DNA of 64,000 bases from a virus (Duplodnaviria; Caudoviricetes): positions 42,522 through 106,521 of IMG/VR virus record IMGVR_UViG_3300013901_000008, one strand, 5' to 3'. The position numbers and the translations under genes are program-made. Positions 10,954 through 20,211 of this stretch are shown piece after piece; positions within the stretch are counted from its first letter, which is position 1; the number at the start of each line of letters is the position of its first letter. The notes under the pieces are model-generated. The model was given only the letters and a program-made list of their open reading frames with translations. It ran no database searches and was not told the DNA's origin.

Positions 10954-11850
10954 ATGAAAATGATTATTCCAGGCGTGGAGTGGTGGCCGCAGAAGACCGC
11001 TGCACAGCAAATCGCCAAAGTGGGCAGAATCTGCTACAAAAGCAAAGGCAAGGAGCCTGATGCAGATATGCCCGAAGACAAGAAAGAAGAGTTTCTTGAG
11101 GAACAGGCTACCGAGCTTTCCAACCGATTTTGGAAGAGTGGGCATCGTTCGACGTATCGCCATGGCACGCTCTATTTCTTCATCAAGAACAGTAACCAGC
11201 TACCAAGGGACGTTTGGGCTTTCTTAGTTTCATCACCCTACATTAACTATAATGTAAAGGATCGCAAAGTGTGGATTTCTGCCAATATGCAGTTTCTTTG
11301 CGAGCATGGCAATGTGCTCCAGATGCTTTCTCCCTACAATGTCAAGGAAGAGGAGTTTATCGAGAAGGCGAAGAAATATGATTACTTGGAGGCTCTTTGG
11401 CTCCTTCGTATGACGATGGTGGTAACTACCCAGATAAGCACCAGCCGAGAGCTGAACCGTACATCGCCTAACTGCATCAGCGAGCAGAGCACTCGCTATG
11501 TGAATATGGAGAAAAAGGGTGGCGTGCAGATAGCCAAGCCTCACTGGTATCATGATGGTAGTCGATGGCAGAAGTTTCTCTTCAAGCTTAGCTGCAAGGT
11601 GAGCGAGTGGGCATATTTGCGATTGCTGAAGAGCGGAATGAAGCCGCAAGATGCAAGGGGTGTTCTTCCGCTAGACTGCTATACGGTGGTGGCTTATACC
11701 TACGACCTCACCGAGTGGAAACATATCCTGGACCTTCGATTCCATGAGACCACTGGCAAAGCTCATCCTAACGCTAAGATGATAGGTACTTTGATACATA
11801 ATATCATCGTGGAACGTATGCAGCAGTACATTTCAGATTTTAAGATATAA
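10954..11850 (+). CDS. thyX: Flavin-dependent thymidylate synthase
   Basis: GRICYKS, SGH.S, SRELNR, SEQSTRYV, PQDARGVLP and W.H.LDLR...AHP motifs. Confidence 0.85.
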   Translation: MKMIIPGVEWWPQKTAAQQIAKVGRICYKSKGKEPDADMPEDKKEEFLEEQATELSNRFWKSGHRSTYRHGTLYFFIKNSNQLPRDVWAFLVSSPYINYNVKDRKVWISANMQFLCEHGNVLQMLSPYNVKEEEFIEKAKKYDYLEALWLLRMTMVVTTQISTSRELNRTSPNCISEQSTRYVNMEKKGGVQIAKPHWYHDGSRWQKFLFKLSCKVSEWAYLRLLKSGMKPQDARGVLPLDCYTVVAYTYDLTEWKHILDLRFHETTGKAHPNAKMIGTLIHNIIVERMQQYISDFKI

Positions 11851-11911
11851 TTCTTTCCAATTTGAAAAAGATTGGAAAATATTACAATAGATAGAAAATA
11901 ACGCAAATAAA

Positions 11912-12301
11912 ATGGCAAATATTACAATGAATGAATATCAGGAAAAGGCAATGTCAACTTGCCTTCCTGAAAGCGACAATCTTTTTTATATGTTGGCTAA
12001 CCTTGCAGGTGAGGTTGGCGAGTTTGCATCCAAGGCTGGTAAGCACATGCGCAAGGGCAAACTTCATATCACAACCATCGAGAGAGACGAGGAAGGCCAT
12101 ATCCGCCATACCCAGGTATGGAATGTAACCGACGAAGAGCGAAAACTGATGCTTTCTGAAATCGGCGATATTCTTTGGCAGACCGCTGGCTTGGCTCATG
12201 TGATGGGCGTATCGCTCGAAGATGTGGCAGAAGAGAACTTGGCTAAGCTCGCTTCTCGTAAGCAACGCAATGTAATAGCTGGAGAAGGAGATGAACGCTA
12301 A
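11912..12301 (+). CDS. MazG-like nucleotide pyrophosphohydrolase
   Basis: NEYQEKA, LAGEVGE, EIGDILW and NLAKLASRKQR..I.GEGDER motifs. Confidence 0.88.
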   Translation: MANITMNEYQEKAMSTCLPESDNLFYMLANLAGEVGEFASKAGKHMRKGKLHITTIERDEEGHIRHTQVWNVTDEERKLMLSEIGDILWQTAGLAHVMGVSLEDVAEENLAKLASRKQRNVIAGEGDER

Positions 12302-12462
12302 TGCCACGCCGTATCAATAAAGATTGCCCATTCACAGCCGAGGAAATCGACGAGTTTCACGCTATGCTTTATAGCGTGAATTGCTCGTTCAATTGTGCGA
12401 ACCCAGCACCTGCATCTTGGCTAAAGGGCTATCAAAACCATCATAGTCGGACGAAAGGATAA
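12301..12462 (+). CDS. Small hypothetical protein (53 aa, MPRRINKDCPF...), not in the ORF track
   Basis: ATG overlaps the MazG stop (TAATG); open for 53 codons. Confidence 0.5.
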   Translation: MPRRINKDCPFTAEEIDEFHAMLYSVNCSFNCANPAPASWLKGYQNHHSRTKG

Positions 12463-12551
12463 ACTTTCTATAAGGGCTATTATGGTAAATAGAGGATTTA
12501 TAGAGTAAAAATCGGGGTGTCTTCGGGCATCCCCACCAATAGGAAATAACT

Positions 12552-13553
12552 ATGTCGAAGAACAATAAAAAGAATAAAAACAAGCAGGAAGCCAAACAGG
12601 AGGCAGAGGCAAGACGTGAGGCGAAAATCAAGATGCAGCCTACTTGCTATACCTTCAACTTCAAAGATGTACCTATCGAGACGTATGCCAAGACGTTGGA
12701 TCTCCTTTTCCACGACCCCGACTTCGTGGAAATGGTTCAGAAGCGCAACAACCTGGTGAATACCGCCGCGCGTATCAATCCGCTTTCGGCTGAAATGCAA
12801 AACTTGGTACGTACTATCCAGCAGCGAGACCGCAAGTTGGCTGATATGCTCTTTGCCATCTTGGTGCAGAGCAACCTTCGCTCGGAGGTAACGTTCGATT
12901 TCCTCTCGTTCAATCACCTACTGCAGTATTATGTAGATTATAGCAAGGAAGGTATGCAAGAGCGAGTAAACAAACTATCCGCCAACCTGGATAAAATGAC
13001 GTTTTTGGCTGATATGCTGGAGTCATTGCTGACCGACATCAAGGCAGATATGCGAGATGTATTCGGCGGTGGCATCGAGTTTAACCAGTTTGATGCAGTG
13101 GCACAGGTGATGCAGCAGCTTCGAGGTTATTTCAATTCGGCTCGCTCCAAGGATGATAGTAGTCCGGAAGCCCAGTTGTACTTCGACTATGCGGATAGCA
13201 TCAACGAGTATCTGGATAAGCGATTGAAGACCTACAGCGACAAATATCGCAAACTGAAGCCGATGATACCATCTTACACCAAGGAGCAGATGGTGGAAGC
13301 CATCAATCTCTTCTTTGGTACCAAGGATAAGTTTGATGAAACCTACATCGGTCATACAGAGAATGGCGGTTGCTATATCGACGCTGTGCGCCTCGCCTTC
13401 AATCTCTCGCCAAGCGAGACCAAGCTTCTCGATGATGTGATGAAGAAAGCCAAGTGCAAAGTGGATGCCACCAAGGATGCGCTCAACTACTCTCTCCAGG
13501 TATCAGATGCCATCATGCTCTGCTATAAGATGAGCAAGAAGCCGAAGAAGTAA
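12552..13553 (+). CDS. Hypothetical protein
   Basis: 333 aa ORF with phage-typical codon usage. Confidence 0.75.
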   Translation: MSKNNKKNKNKQEAKQEAEARREAKIKMQPTCYTFNFKDVPIETYAKTLDLLFHDPDFVEMVQKRNNLVNTAARINPLSAEMQNLVRTIQQRDRKLADMLFAILVQSNLRSEVTFDFLSFNHLLQYYVDYSKEGMQERVNKLSANLDKMTFLADMLESLLTDIKADMRDVFGGGIEFNQFDAVAQVMQQLRGYFNSARSKDDSSPEAQLYFDYADSINEYLDKRLKTYSDKYRKLKPMIPSYTKEQMVEAINLFFGTKDKFDETYIGHTENGGCYIDAVRLAFNLSPSETKLLDDVMKKAKCKVDATKDALNYSLQVSDAIMLCYKMSKKPKK

Positions 13554-13616
13554 GCCGCCCCCTCATTCTTCATCATAAATTATAAATTATTCATTATAAA
13601 TTATAAATTATTCCTC

Positions 13617-14348
13617 ATGCCGAACATATACCTTCGCCTCCCCACGTCTCGATGCCAGTTCTTCAGACACCGAGACCCGAACTACATCTTGCAGCGAGAA
13701 GAGCCTGTGATATTCAATGCTTATACCCACGAGCATTTCATTATGCGCAATTCGCTCATCAACGCCCCTGCCCGAAGCAACCGCATCGACATGGCTTGCT
13801 TCTCGCAACAGCAATGGTGCAATATGCTGGTGGGCAAGCATCCAGCAGGAGGCAAGGCTATCGTGACACGCGACGAGCGAAGCTGGCTCACCTATAACGA
13901 GGTACAGCGACTCAATGGTCGTAAGGACATTGCCAAGGGTGTCAACGAGGATTATCTTTGCATTCGCCTGCCCAGCGAAGTGGAGATAGTAGATACCGTC
14001 TATCCCGTGAAGCCTACCTTCAATCTCGATACCCATGGCATCAGAGCATTGGTTGTGTCGCTCAACAATGAGTTTAAGCGCAGCTTGGTAGAATGGGCTT
14101 TATCTACCTTTGATTTTTGCACGTCAAGAGGCAAGGTTATCGCTCGCTCGCAGAACGCTATGCTGGAGCGGTATTTGATGCGCTACGGTATCGAACCCAG
14201 CGAAGAGGAAAAATGCGTATTACGCCGTATCATTGGCAGATGGTTCCGCACCGAACACTGTTATTTCAAGGCTTACTCCTGTATGGATATGCAGTACGAG
14301 GATAGCCGAGATAAGGTAAAACGCATAGATGCGATACAGTGGGTATAA
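13617..14348 (+). CDS. Hypothetical protein, candidate late transcription activator
   Basis: 243 aa; basic helical C-terminus (LERYLMRYGIE..LRRIIGRW); lies just before the head module; activator role is inference. Confidence 0.45.
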   Translation: MPNIYLRLPTSRCQFFRHRDPNYILQREEPVIFNAYTHEHFIMRNSLINAPARSNRIDMACFSQQQWCNMLVGKHPAGGKAIVTRDERSWLTYNEVQRLNGRKDIAKGVNEDYLCIRLPSEVEIVDTVYPVKPTFNLDTHGIRALVVSLNNEFKRSLVEWALSTFDFCTSRGKVIARSQNAMLERYLMRYGIEPSEEEKCVLRRIIGRWFRTEHCYFKAYSCMDMQYEDSRDKVKRIDAIQWV

Positions 14349-14422
14349 GTTTATTCATGTTATAATAGACGTTAATACGCAATATAAACAATGTTAAACT
14401 ATTAAGAAATCAAGGAAACGAT

Positions 14423-14911
14423 ATGAAAATACCCGAAAGTTGTAGAGAAATATTTCTCGATGGCATCACGGATGCCTATTTCTATTCGATGCAAGATAGC
14501 ACCATCCCTATCCCATCCAGTATGCCACGTATCTTGCAGATAAATGGCTGCAAGTTTGCTGGCGAAGCCCTACATATCTCGTTGAGCGAGGGCGACAATT
14601 ATGTGGTGGCGGATAGCATCACTGCCAAGCAGACATCTTCGGAGGCTGGCAATGGTACCGTCTTCTCGTTCGAGATAACCGCCAATATCGAGGCTGGCAA
14701 GGAGAATATTGCCGAAATCAGTAAGAATATGCACGGAAAAGACTATTATATAGTCCTGCGGAAGCAAGATGATTCGCTCTATCTCTGTTATACGTTAGCC
14801 AACACCTTCGCTTTCGCTGACAGCAGGACACATCAAAACAATGCCGAAACGTGCAGCGTGACGGCTACCTGCAAGGCGATGTCGGAGTATATCCCTATCA
14901 CCATTGGATAG
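14423..14911 (+). CDS. Hypothetical beta-rich protein (possibly virion)
   Basis: 162 aa ORF preceding the protease gene. Confidence 0.6.
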   Translation: MKIPESCREIFLDGITDAYFYSMQDSTIPIPSSMPRILQINGCKFAGEALHISLSEGDNYVVADSITAKQTSSEAGNGTVFSFEITANIEAGKENIAEISKNMHGKDYYIVLRKQDDSLYLCYTLANTFAFADSRTHQNNAETCSVTATCKAMSEYIPITIG

Positions 14912-14974
14912 CTTGCAATCCCATTTTCAGATATATCTATATAAACTTTGTGGAAAAAATTCCATTGTTTCATT

Positions 14975-15007
14975 GCCCTGCCGACCGTGAGGTTAGCAGG
15001 GCTTTTT
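14975..15007 (+). terminator. Rho-independent terminator
   Basis: GCCCTGC...GCAGGGC stem plus TTTTT. Confidence 0.7.
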
Positions 15008-15046
15008 CGTTTATATACATTCCTTATATCCCTTATATAGCCTATT

Positions 15047-15083
15047 TTTGTCCCTATCTCGAAAGTAAAAAGCCTTACCTTTG
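15047..15083 (+). promoter_or_regulatory. Putative late-type promoter for the head operon
   Basis: TTTGTCCC 15047-15054, N21, TACCTTTG 15076-15083. Confidence 0.75.
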
Positions 15084-15175
15084 CCCACAGAAAAAGCGAA
15101 ACATTCTTAGGTAAAAAGAATTGTTTTCAAGGATAACAGCAAACATACATTAATATTAAACTTTTGATTCTCCAC

Positions 15176-16855
15176 ATGAAAGGACTTTTAGAAATCCTTA
15201 CCGAAAAGAAGTGGATGGTATCGCCAACCTTTGTGCATGGCATCAAGAAAGCCTTGGAGCAGAACCTGAATACCCATGCGGTATTCGAGAAGCCCGAAAG
15301 GACTTGTGGTTTCGTCAAGGAGACACTTCCTGATGGTGCGATGATTTATCCGGAGGAATATCAGATTTCCGAGGATGGCAAGCTGGTACGTGGCAACTGG
15401 GCTTTGGATGAGGACGACCTTCAGACGTTCCCATTCGTGAGCGTGCTCACCGTGGATGGTCCTATCACTCGCAATGGCGGTGGTTGCTCGTATGGCAGCA
15501 TCGACCATCGAGACATGATGATCCGTGCGGCCAATCATCCGCTCTGTCGAGGTCACATCTTTATCATCAATACGCCTGGTGGTTCGGCTTGGGCTAAGAA
15601 CGATTATCAGCAAGCCATCGAGTATGCCCGTTCCTTGGGTCAGCCAGTTATCGCCTTCGTAGATGGCATGTGTGCCAGCGCAGGTATGTACCTCGCTTCT
15701 CTTTGCGACGAGCGATACTACATGCACCCGAAAGACGAAATCGGTTGCATCGGTGTGATGGCAGCATTCTACACCCAGGCAGATGGTAGCAAAAACCAGT
15801 TTACGGATGAGACCTACCACGAGTTGTACGACCCTGAGAGTTTCGACAAGAACCGTGAGTTCCGTGATATAGCCAACGATGGCAACACCAAGGCACTCGT
15901 AAAAGAACTTGCCGAGTTGGGCGTGGAATTTAGAGCCGACGTTAAAGCGGCTTGCCCTAACGCCAAGGATGAGCATCTACACGGAAAGATATTCGATGCA
16001 GAAAAGGTAAAGGGTATCTTGATGGACGACCAGAGTGATTTCTTCTCTTGCGTACATCGTTGCTTCGACATCTACGATGGTAAGGCAGAACCTATCAGCC
16101 GTGAGGCTCCCGATGAGCCGGAAGACGAGCCAAGTAGCGACCCAGCCGAAGACCCTAACAAGGCTTCTTCTCGAAAACAGGATAACAACAATTCTAAACT
16201 CAATATCAATATGGCAAACTATCCACTTATCAGTGCTGCCTTGTGTCTGAAAGATGGTGATTTGGCAGTTAAGGAGGATGGCGCATTTATGAATGCCCCT
16301 CTTCTCGATACGCTCGAAGCACATCTTAACACAACCAAGCAGCAGGTAGTCGATGCACAGCAGAAGGCTACCCAGGCAGAGCAGAGTCTTGCCGACTTGC
16401 AGGCTAAACTCGATGCAGCCAACGCGCAGATAGCAGAAGCTAAGAATGCACAGACGGTGGCTGAAAAAGCACTCGCCGATGCAAACCAGGCTCACGCTAA
16501 GGCAATCGAAAATCTCAACACCGAGCATTCTGATGCCCTCGCCAAAAAAGACGAGACTATCGCCAAGAAGGACGAGGAAATCAAAAATCTTACTTCCGAC
16601 AAGGCTAAGGCTGACGAGGAGTTGAAGGGTGCAAAGGATGCACTCGCCACCGCCGAGCAGACCATCGCCGACAAGGATGCACAGATCAAGGCTCTCGGCG
16701 AGGATGCAGGTGAGGCACCTGATGCAGGTGCGGCTCCTGAGAACAATGGCGAGGGTGCAAAGGTTCAGACTCTCCGTGAGTTCGACCCATCTCCTTACAA
16801 GACCAACAAGGAACGTAAGGAAGCATTCGAGCGTTACAAGCGTGGTGAGGAGTAA
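15176..16855 (+). CDS. S49/ClpP-type prohead protease fused to coiled-coil scaffold
   Basis: INTPGGS, DGMCASAGMYLASLCD and EIGCIGV S49 motifs; C-terminal Ala/Lys/Glu coiled coil; start moved to ATG 15176. Confidence 0.88.
   Translation: MKGLLEILTEKKWMVSPTFVHGIKKALEQNLNTHAVFEKPERTCGFVKETLPDGAMIYPEEYQISEDGKLVRGNWALDEDDLQTFPFVSVLTVDGPITRNGGGCSYGSIDHRDMMIRAANHPLCRGHIFIINTPGGSAWAKNDYQQAIEYARSLGQPVIAFVDGMCASAGMYLASLCDERYYMHPKDEIGCIGVMAAFYTQADGSKNQFTDETYHELYDPESFDKNREFRDIANDGNTKALVKELAELGVEFRADVKAACPNAKDEHLHGKIFDAEKVKGILMDDQSDFFSCVHRCFDIYDGKAEPISREAPDEPEDEPSSDPAEDPNKASSRKQDNNNSKLNINMANYPLISAALCLKDGDLAVKEDGAFMNAPLLDTLEAHLNTTKQQVVDAQQKATQAEQSLADLQAKLDAANAQIAEAKNAQTVAEKALADANQAHAKAIENLNTEHSDALAKKDETIAKKDEEIKNLTSDKAKADEELKGAKDALATAEQTIADKDAQIKALGEDAGEAPDAGAAPENNGEGAKVQTLREFDPSPYKTNKERKEAFERYKRGEE
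16211..16855 (+). CDS. Putative nested in-frame scaffolding protein (MANYPLISAAL...)
   Basis: In-frame ATG after an AT-rich leader-like stretch that contains AGGATAAC (16179-16186); analogous to lambda C/Nu3. Confidence 0.55.
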   Translation: MANYPLISAALCLKDGDLAVKEDGAFMNAPLLDTLEAHLNTTKQQVVDAQQKATQAEQSLADLQAKLDAANAQIAEAKNAQTVAEKALADANQAHAKAIENLNTEHSDALAKKDETIAKKDEEIKNLTSDKAKADEELKGAKDALATAEQTIADKDAQIKALGEDAGEAPDAGAAPENNGEGAKVQTLREFDPSPYKTNKERKEAFERYKRGEE

Positions 16856-16955
16856 GCACTCGTAGCTCCATCCCCCATCGGGTAATACTAAAGATTCAGT
16901 TTAAGCAAAAATTTTCTTTTCATTTTTTATTTAATTTTTAAAAGGATAACAAATT

Positions 16956-18251
16956 ATGGCAACAACTCCTAAAGATTTTATCGGCAAAGATGCCCTTCAG
17001 CACGTTGCCGAGCAGGTAACTAAGGAAATCCTCATGGGTCCTGGTTATACTGATGCCGAGGAGATGGATCGCTTGGGCATCGACATCGTGTCTGGTGTTC
17101 AGTACAAGCGTACCATCCACATCCTTCTCCGTAAGGGTGGTACCACTCGCCGTAAGGACGTTCATACCAAGGTGAACAGCGAGGTAGGTTTCCTCAAAGA
17201 GCGTACATTGACCGTGAAGCTCGCTTGGGACCATTATACCGACAATATCGACAAGTACTGCGAGACAGTATTTGGCACAGACGCACAGGGTCAGTACCCT
17301 CTCTCTACAGAGGCTGCTACCGCTATCCTTGCCAACTATGCCGACAACTTGACCGCTTGCTTGTGGAACGGTGATATTGACCTCGACAAGGGCGAAGCAA
17401 GCACACCTGCATCCGACCAGGCTTTGGCTCTCTATGATGGTTTCCACACCTGTGTGAAGCACGACGTAGAGGACGGTCTTATCAGCGAGGCTAACGGCAA
17501 CTTGATTCCTTGTGATGCAATCACAGAGCCTGCTGACAACAACGACTCTACTCCTTACGACAACTTCTTGGCTTGGCACTTGAAGTGGGATGCACGTCTT
17601 CGCAAGCAGAATGTACTCGTTTACATGAGCGAGCAGACAGCCCAGTACATCGCAGCAGGTTACGCCAACAAGTTCCATGGCAACTTTAAGGTTGACTATG
17701 AGGACGGTGGTAACTTCAAGCTTCCTGGCTTGAGCCGTGTTACTATCTGCCCTATCGCAGACTTCGGCGAGGGTGATCGCATGTACGTAACCATCCCTAA
17801 GAACTTCGTTTATGCTGTTGACTCTGAGGGCAACCAGACCTACGTAGGCGTTAAGGTTGGCACCGACGACGATATGCGTGATATTCAGTTCCAGATTCAG
17901 TCAATCCAGGGTGCAGGTATTCGCAACCCATTCAAGTATGCGTTTGCGATGTCTGATGGCTCTCTTGCCAAGGCTGAGTATGTGGCTGGCGATTACACCA
18001 ACACCAAGTTGGTAGTAAACATCGTAGGCGACAAGGAAGGTACTGTTGATGGCGAGGTTAGTGTAAACGGCACTAAGTACGAGGCTCCTGTAGATACATC
18101 TATCAACCAGGTTCTCTCTTTGGAGGCTAAGGATGGCACCAACTTCACATTCTCTCACTGGGAGAATGGTGACACCAACAAGAAGCGTCAGATGATTGCC
18201 ACCGGCATGAGTATGGGTGTTACAGCCTTCTTTAAGAAGGCTAACGGGTAA
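16956..18251 (+). CDS. Major capsid protein with C-terminal Ig-like/B-repeat extension
   Basis: 431 aa directly after the protease/scaffold; strongly biased codons; C-terminal beta domain with FSHWENG. Confidence 0.8.
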   Translation: MATTPKDFIGKDALQHVAEQVTKEILMGPGYTDAEEMDRLGIDIVSGVQYKRTIHILLRKGGTTRRKDVHTKVNSEVGFLKERTLTVKLAWDHYTDNIDKYCETVFGTDAQGQYPLSTEAATAILANYADNLTACLWNGDIDLDKGEASTPASDQALALYDGFHTCVKHDVEDGLISEANGNLIPCDAITEPADNNDSTPYDNFLAWHLKWDARLRKQNVLVYMSEQTAQYIAAGYANKFHGNFKVDYEDGGNFKLPGLSRVTICPIADFGEGDRMYVTIPKNFVYAVDSEGNQTYVGVKVGTDDDMRDIQFQIQSIQGAGIRNPFKYAFAMSDGSLAKAEYVAGDYTNTKLVVNIVGDKEGTVDGEVSVNGTKYEAPVDTSINQVLSLEAKDGTNFTFSHWENGDTNKKRQMIATGMSMGVTAFFKKANG

Positions 18252-18287
18252 GTTTCGGCTTCTCCACAAACTCTAAATAAATCCTTT

Positions 18288-18340
18288 GGGCGGCGGATAG
18301 CTTGACTTGACGGAACACAGCTTCCGTCGCCCTTTTCTTT
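18288..18340 (+). terminator. Terminator/attenuator between capsid and tail tube genes
   Basis: GGGCGGCGGA...TCCGTCGCCC stem plus T-run. Confidence 0.65.
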
Positions 18341-18376
18341 TCGTTTTTATTTGTTTGATTAAAAATTGATACAACT

Positions 18377-18934
18377 ATGGCAGATACAGTAACATGCCCC
18401 CAGCTCCACGATGTACTCAACGATGATGAGTGCTTGGAGAACCGCGCTGGTCTTGGCATTAACGTCTATATCGGATTGAAGAGTGAACTTTCCGCCCCCC
18501 TCACTGCTACGGAGAATGTCTATTCCACCCCATCCTTCCAGAGTGGAAAGGGTCTCTACAAGGTAGAGGGTAAGGATGACGCGCAGCAGATTCAGGGTTC
18601 TTCCCTTGGTTATCGCAAGGGATTTGAACTTACTTGCAATTTCGCCATTGACTCTGTAAATGAGGCTGGTGGTAAGTTGGCTCGTGCAATCAATAACCGT
18701 GATATTTTTATTATCGTAAAGGATAACGAGAAGTCACAGATTATGTATGACCCTGACAAGAAGGTTAAGTTTGACTCAGGCGGCATTAAAACAGACACGG
18801 GAGCCAAAAGCGACGACGACCGTAGCACGACCTTCGAGGCAAAACTTTCGAGCGTAAATTATCCAAACCTTTACGTGACTGAGCCTTCCGCTGGCGGTTG
18901 GGATTCCCTCTTGGCTTCTAAGGCGGGGGAATAG
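18377..18934 (+). CDS. Major tail (tube) protein
   Basis: 185 aa beta-rich protein after the capsid gene, DTGAKSDDDRSTTF motif; ends GCG GGG GAA TAG. Confidence 0.65.
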   Translation: MADTVTCPQLHDVLNDDECLENRAGLGINVYIGLKSELSAPLTATENVYSTPSFQSGKGLYKVEGKDDAQQIQGSSLGYRKGFELTCNFAIDSVNEAGGKLARAINNRDIFIIVKDNEKSQIMYDPDKKVKFDSGGIKTDTGAKSDDDRSTTFEAKLSSVNYPNLYVTEPSAGGWDSLLASKAGE

Positions 18935-19092
18935 TAGGCGGAACTGATAAGAGCGACATTAATTCCGCCAACACACCGTCTTCGGATAGCGCAGCCGAGA
19001 ATGCTGCATCCAAGCAGTCTTCTAAGTCGAGCGCAAAGAACGTAGCTTCCATCAATGATGAGACGGATACTCCCACTGAAGACGAAGAATAA
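18928..19092 (+). other. Putative -1 frameshift extension (54 aa) of the tail tube protein
   Basis: GGGGGAA at 18925-18931; the -1 frame is open to TAA 19090-19092, contains no ATG, and ends before the terminator. Confidence 0.55.
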
Positions 19093-19146
19093 TCGCTCCC
19101 CGAAATTCTGATGGATTTCGATTGGCAATTTAAACTCATATTTCCA

Positions 19147-19199
19147 AAAGCCTCGGTATCGAGCCTTCTATGATGTAAGGCAAGGTATCGGGGCTTTTT
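19147..19199 (+). terminator. Rho-independent terminator ending the head/tail tube operon
   Basis: AAAGCCTCGGTATC...GGTATCGGGGCTTT stem with G-U pairs, then T-run. Confidence 0.65.
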
Positions 19200-19251
19200 C
19201 TATGAATATATCCAAGATATAGCCAATAATGTATAATTTACGTTAAACGCT

Positions 19252-19323
19252 ATATCCCAAACATTATTTATATATCTAAAAATTTGCGTATATTATATTT
19301 ATTTCTTAAATTTGCAGCCGAAT
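19252..19323 (+). promoter_or_regulatory. Early-type promoter with ATATCCCAAA box
   Basis: TTTG at about 19283 and TAAATTTG 19307-19314; near-identical to 8702-8728. Confidence 0.7.
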
Positions 19324-19376
19324 TTAAATAATAAATATAACTGGGATATTTTCGTATAAGATACACAAAGACGAAT

Positions 19377-19538
19377 ATGGCAGTCAATTTGAAACATTGT
19401 TCCATGAAGCCAGATACCAAGCCATGCTGGGTATGTTTGCATGGTGCTCTCTGCATCGGTGGCTTATACTGCATGAAGCACAAGCGATACATACAGTATC
19501 AAGATATAGCAGAATGCGAGGACAAAGAAATCGCATAA
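19377..19538 (+). CDS. Small Cys-rich protein (53 aa, MAVNLKHCSM...CWVC...C...YC), not in the ORF track
   Basis: First ATG after the early promoter; 6 Cys including CxxC. Confidence 0.55.
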   Translation: MAVNLKHCSMKPDTKPCWVCLHGALCIGGLYCMKHKRYIQYQDIAECEDKEIA

Positions 19539-19625
19539 CACATCGTAGGCAATAAACGAACAATGGATGATAGATAATAAACAAATAAACAATAAACAAC
19601 AGATAGTAAACAACAAATTACGACT

Positions 19626-20018
19626 ATGGCAGAATTTAAATCCATACTCCTTACGGAGCAGGCTTGGATGAACAGCCATCTAAGCGTTGCCCGATACAGC
19701 GGAGGCGTAAGCATTCCAACCGAGGACGGACAGAAGACGTTCCTCATCGTGGATGAGTTGGGCAGAGACCTCACACAGGTCAGCATTCCGCCCGGTAAGC
19801 CAGCCGACTTGATAGACCAAGAGTTTATCCCTTATTACAAGACCTTGGGCAGAGATGTGTTCATCGGTATCGTAAAAGCCAATCCGCTTGTTTCCCGAAA
19901 AGAAATGAAGAAAATCCTAAAGGAGGCAGCAGACTGCAAGAAGTTGGGAGACAAGAAGAAGAAAGAGGCTGAGGAGGCAAAGATAAAAGCAATGTCGCCC
20001 ACCCTCGATTTCGAGTAG
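19626..20018 (+). CDS. Hypothetical protein
   Basis: 130 aa ORF. Confidence 0.7.
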   Translation: MAEFKSILLTEQAWMNSHLSVARYSGGVSIPTEDGQKTFLIVDELGRDLTQVSIPPGKPADLIDQEFIPYYKTLGRDVFIGIVKANPLVSRKEMKKILKEAADCKKLGDKKKKEAEEAKIKAMSPTLDFE

Positions 20019-20211
20019 TATATATTATATATAAGGAGTAAGAGCAAGACGATTCTTCATTCTTCGTTCTTCACTCTTCACTTAAAAGGTAAATGACTTC
20101 GGAGTTTTGGCTTCCGTCAAGATTATCGCCGAACTACCTATCATCATTTGCCGATAAATAGATAAGAATCATTTTTATTAACAACAAAAATATTAAAGGA
20201 TTTATTGAGAA

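Noticed and set aside
9884-20082. Heptamer-like AT-rich repeats at about 9884-9935, 13563-13612, 19550-19620 and 20052-20082 as a specific system
   Set aside because: Short degenerate low-complexity tracts of a kind common in Bacteroidales intergenic DNA; no shared sequence among them
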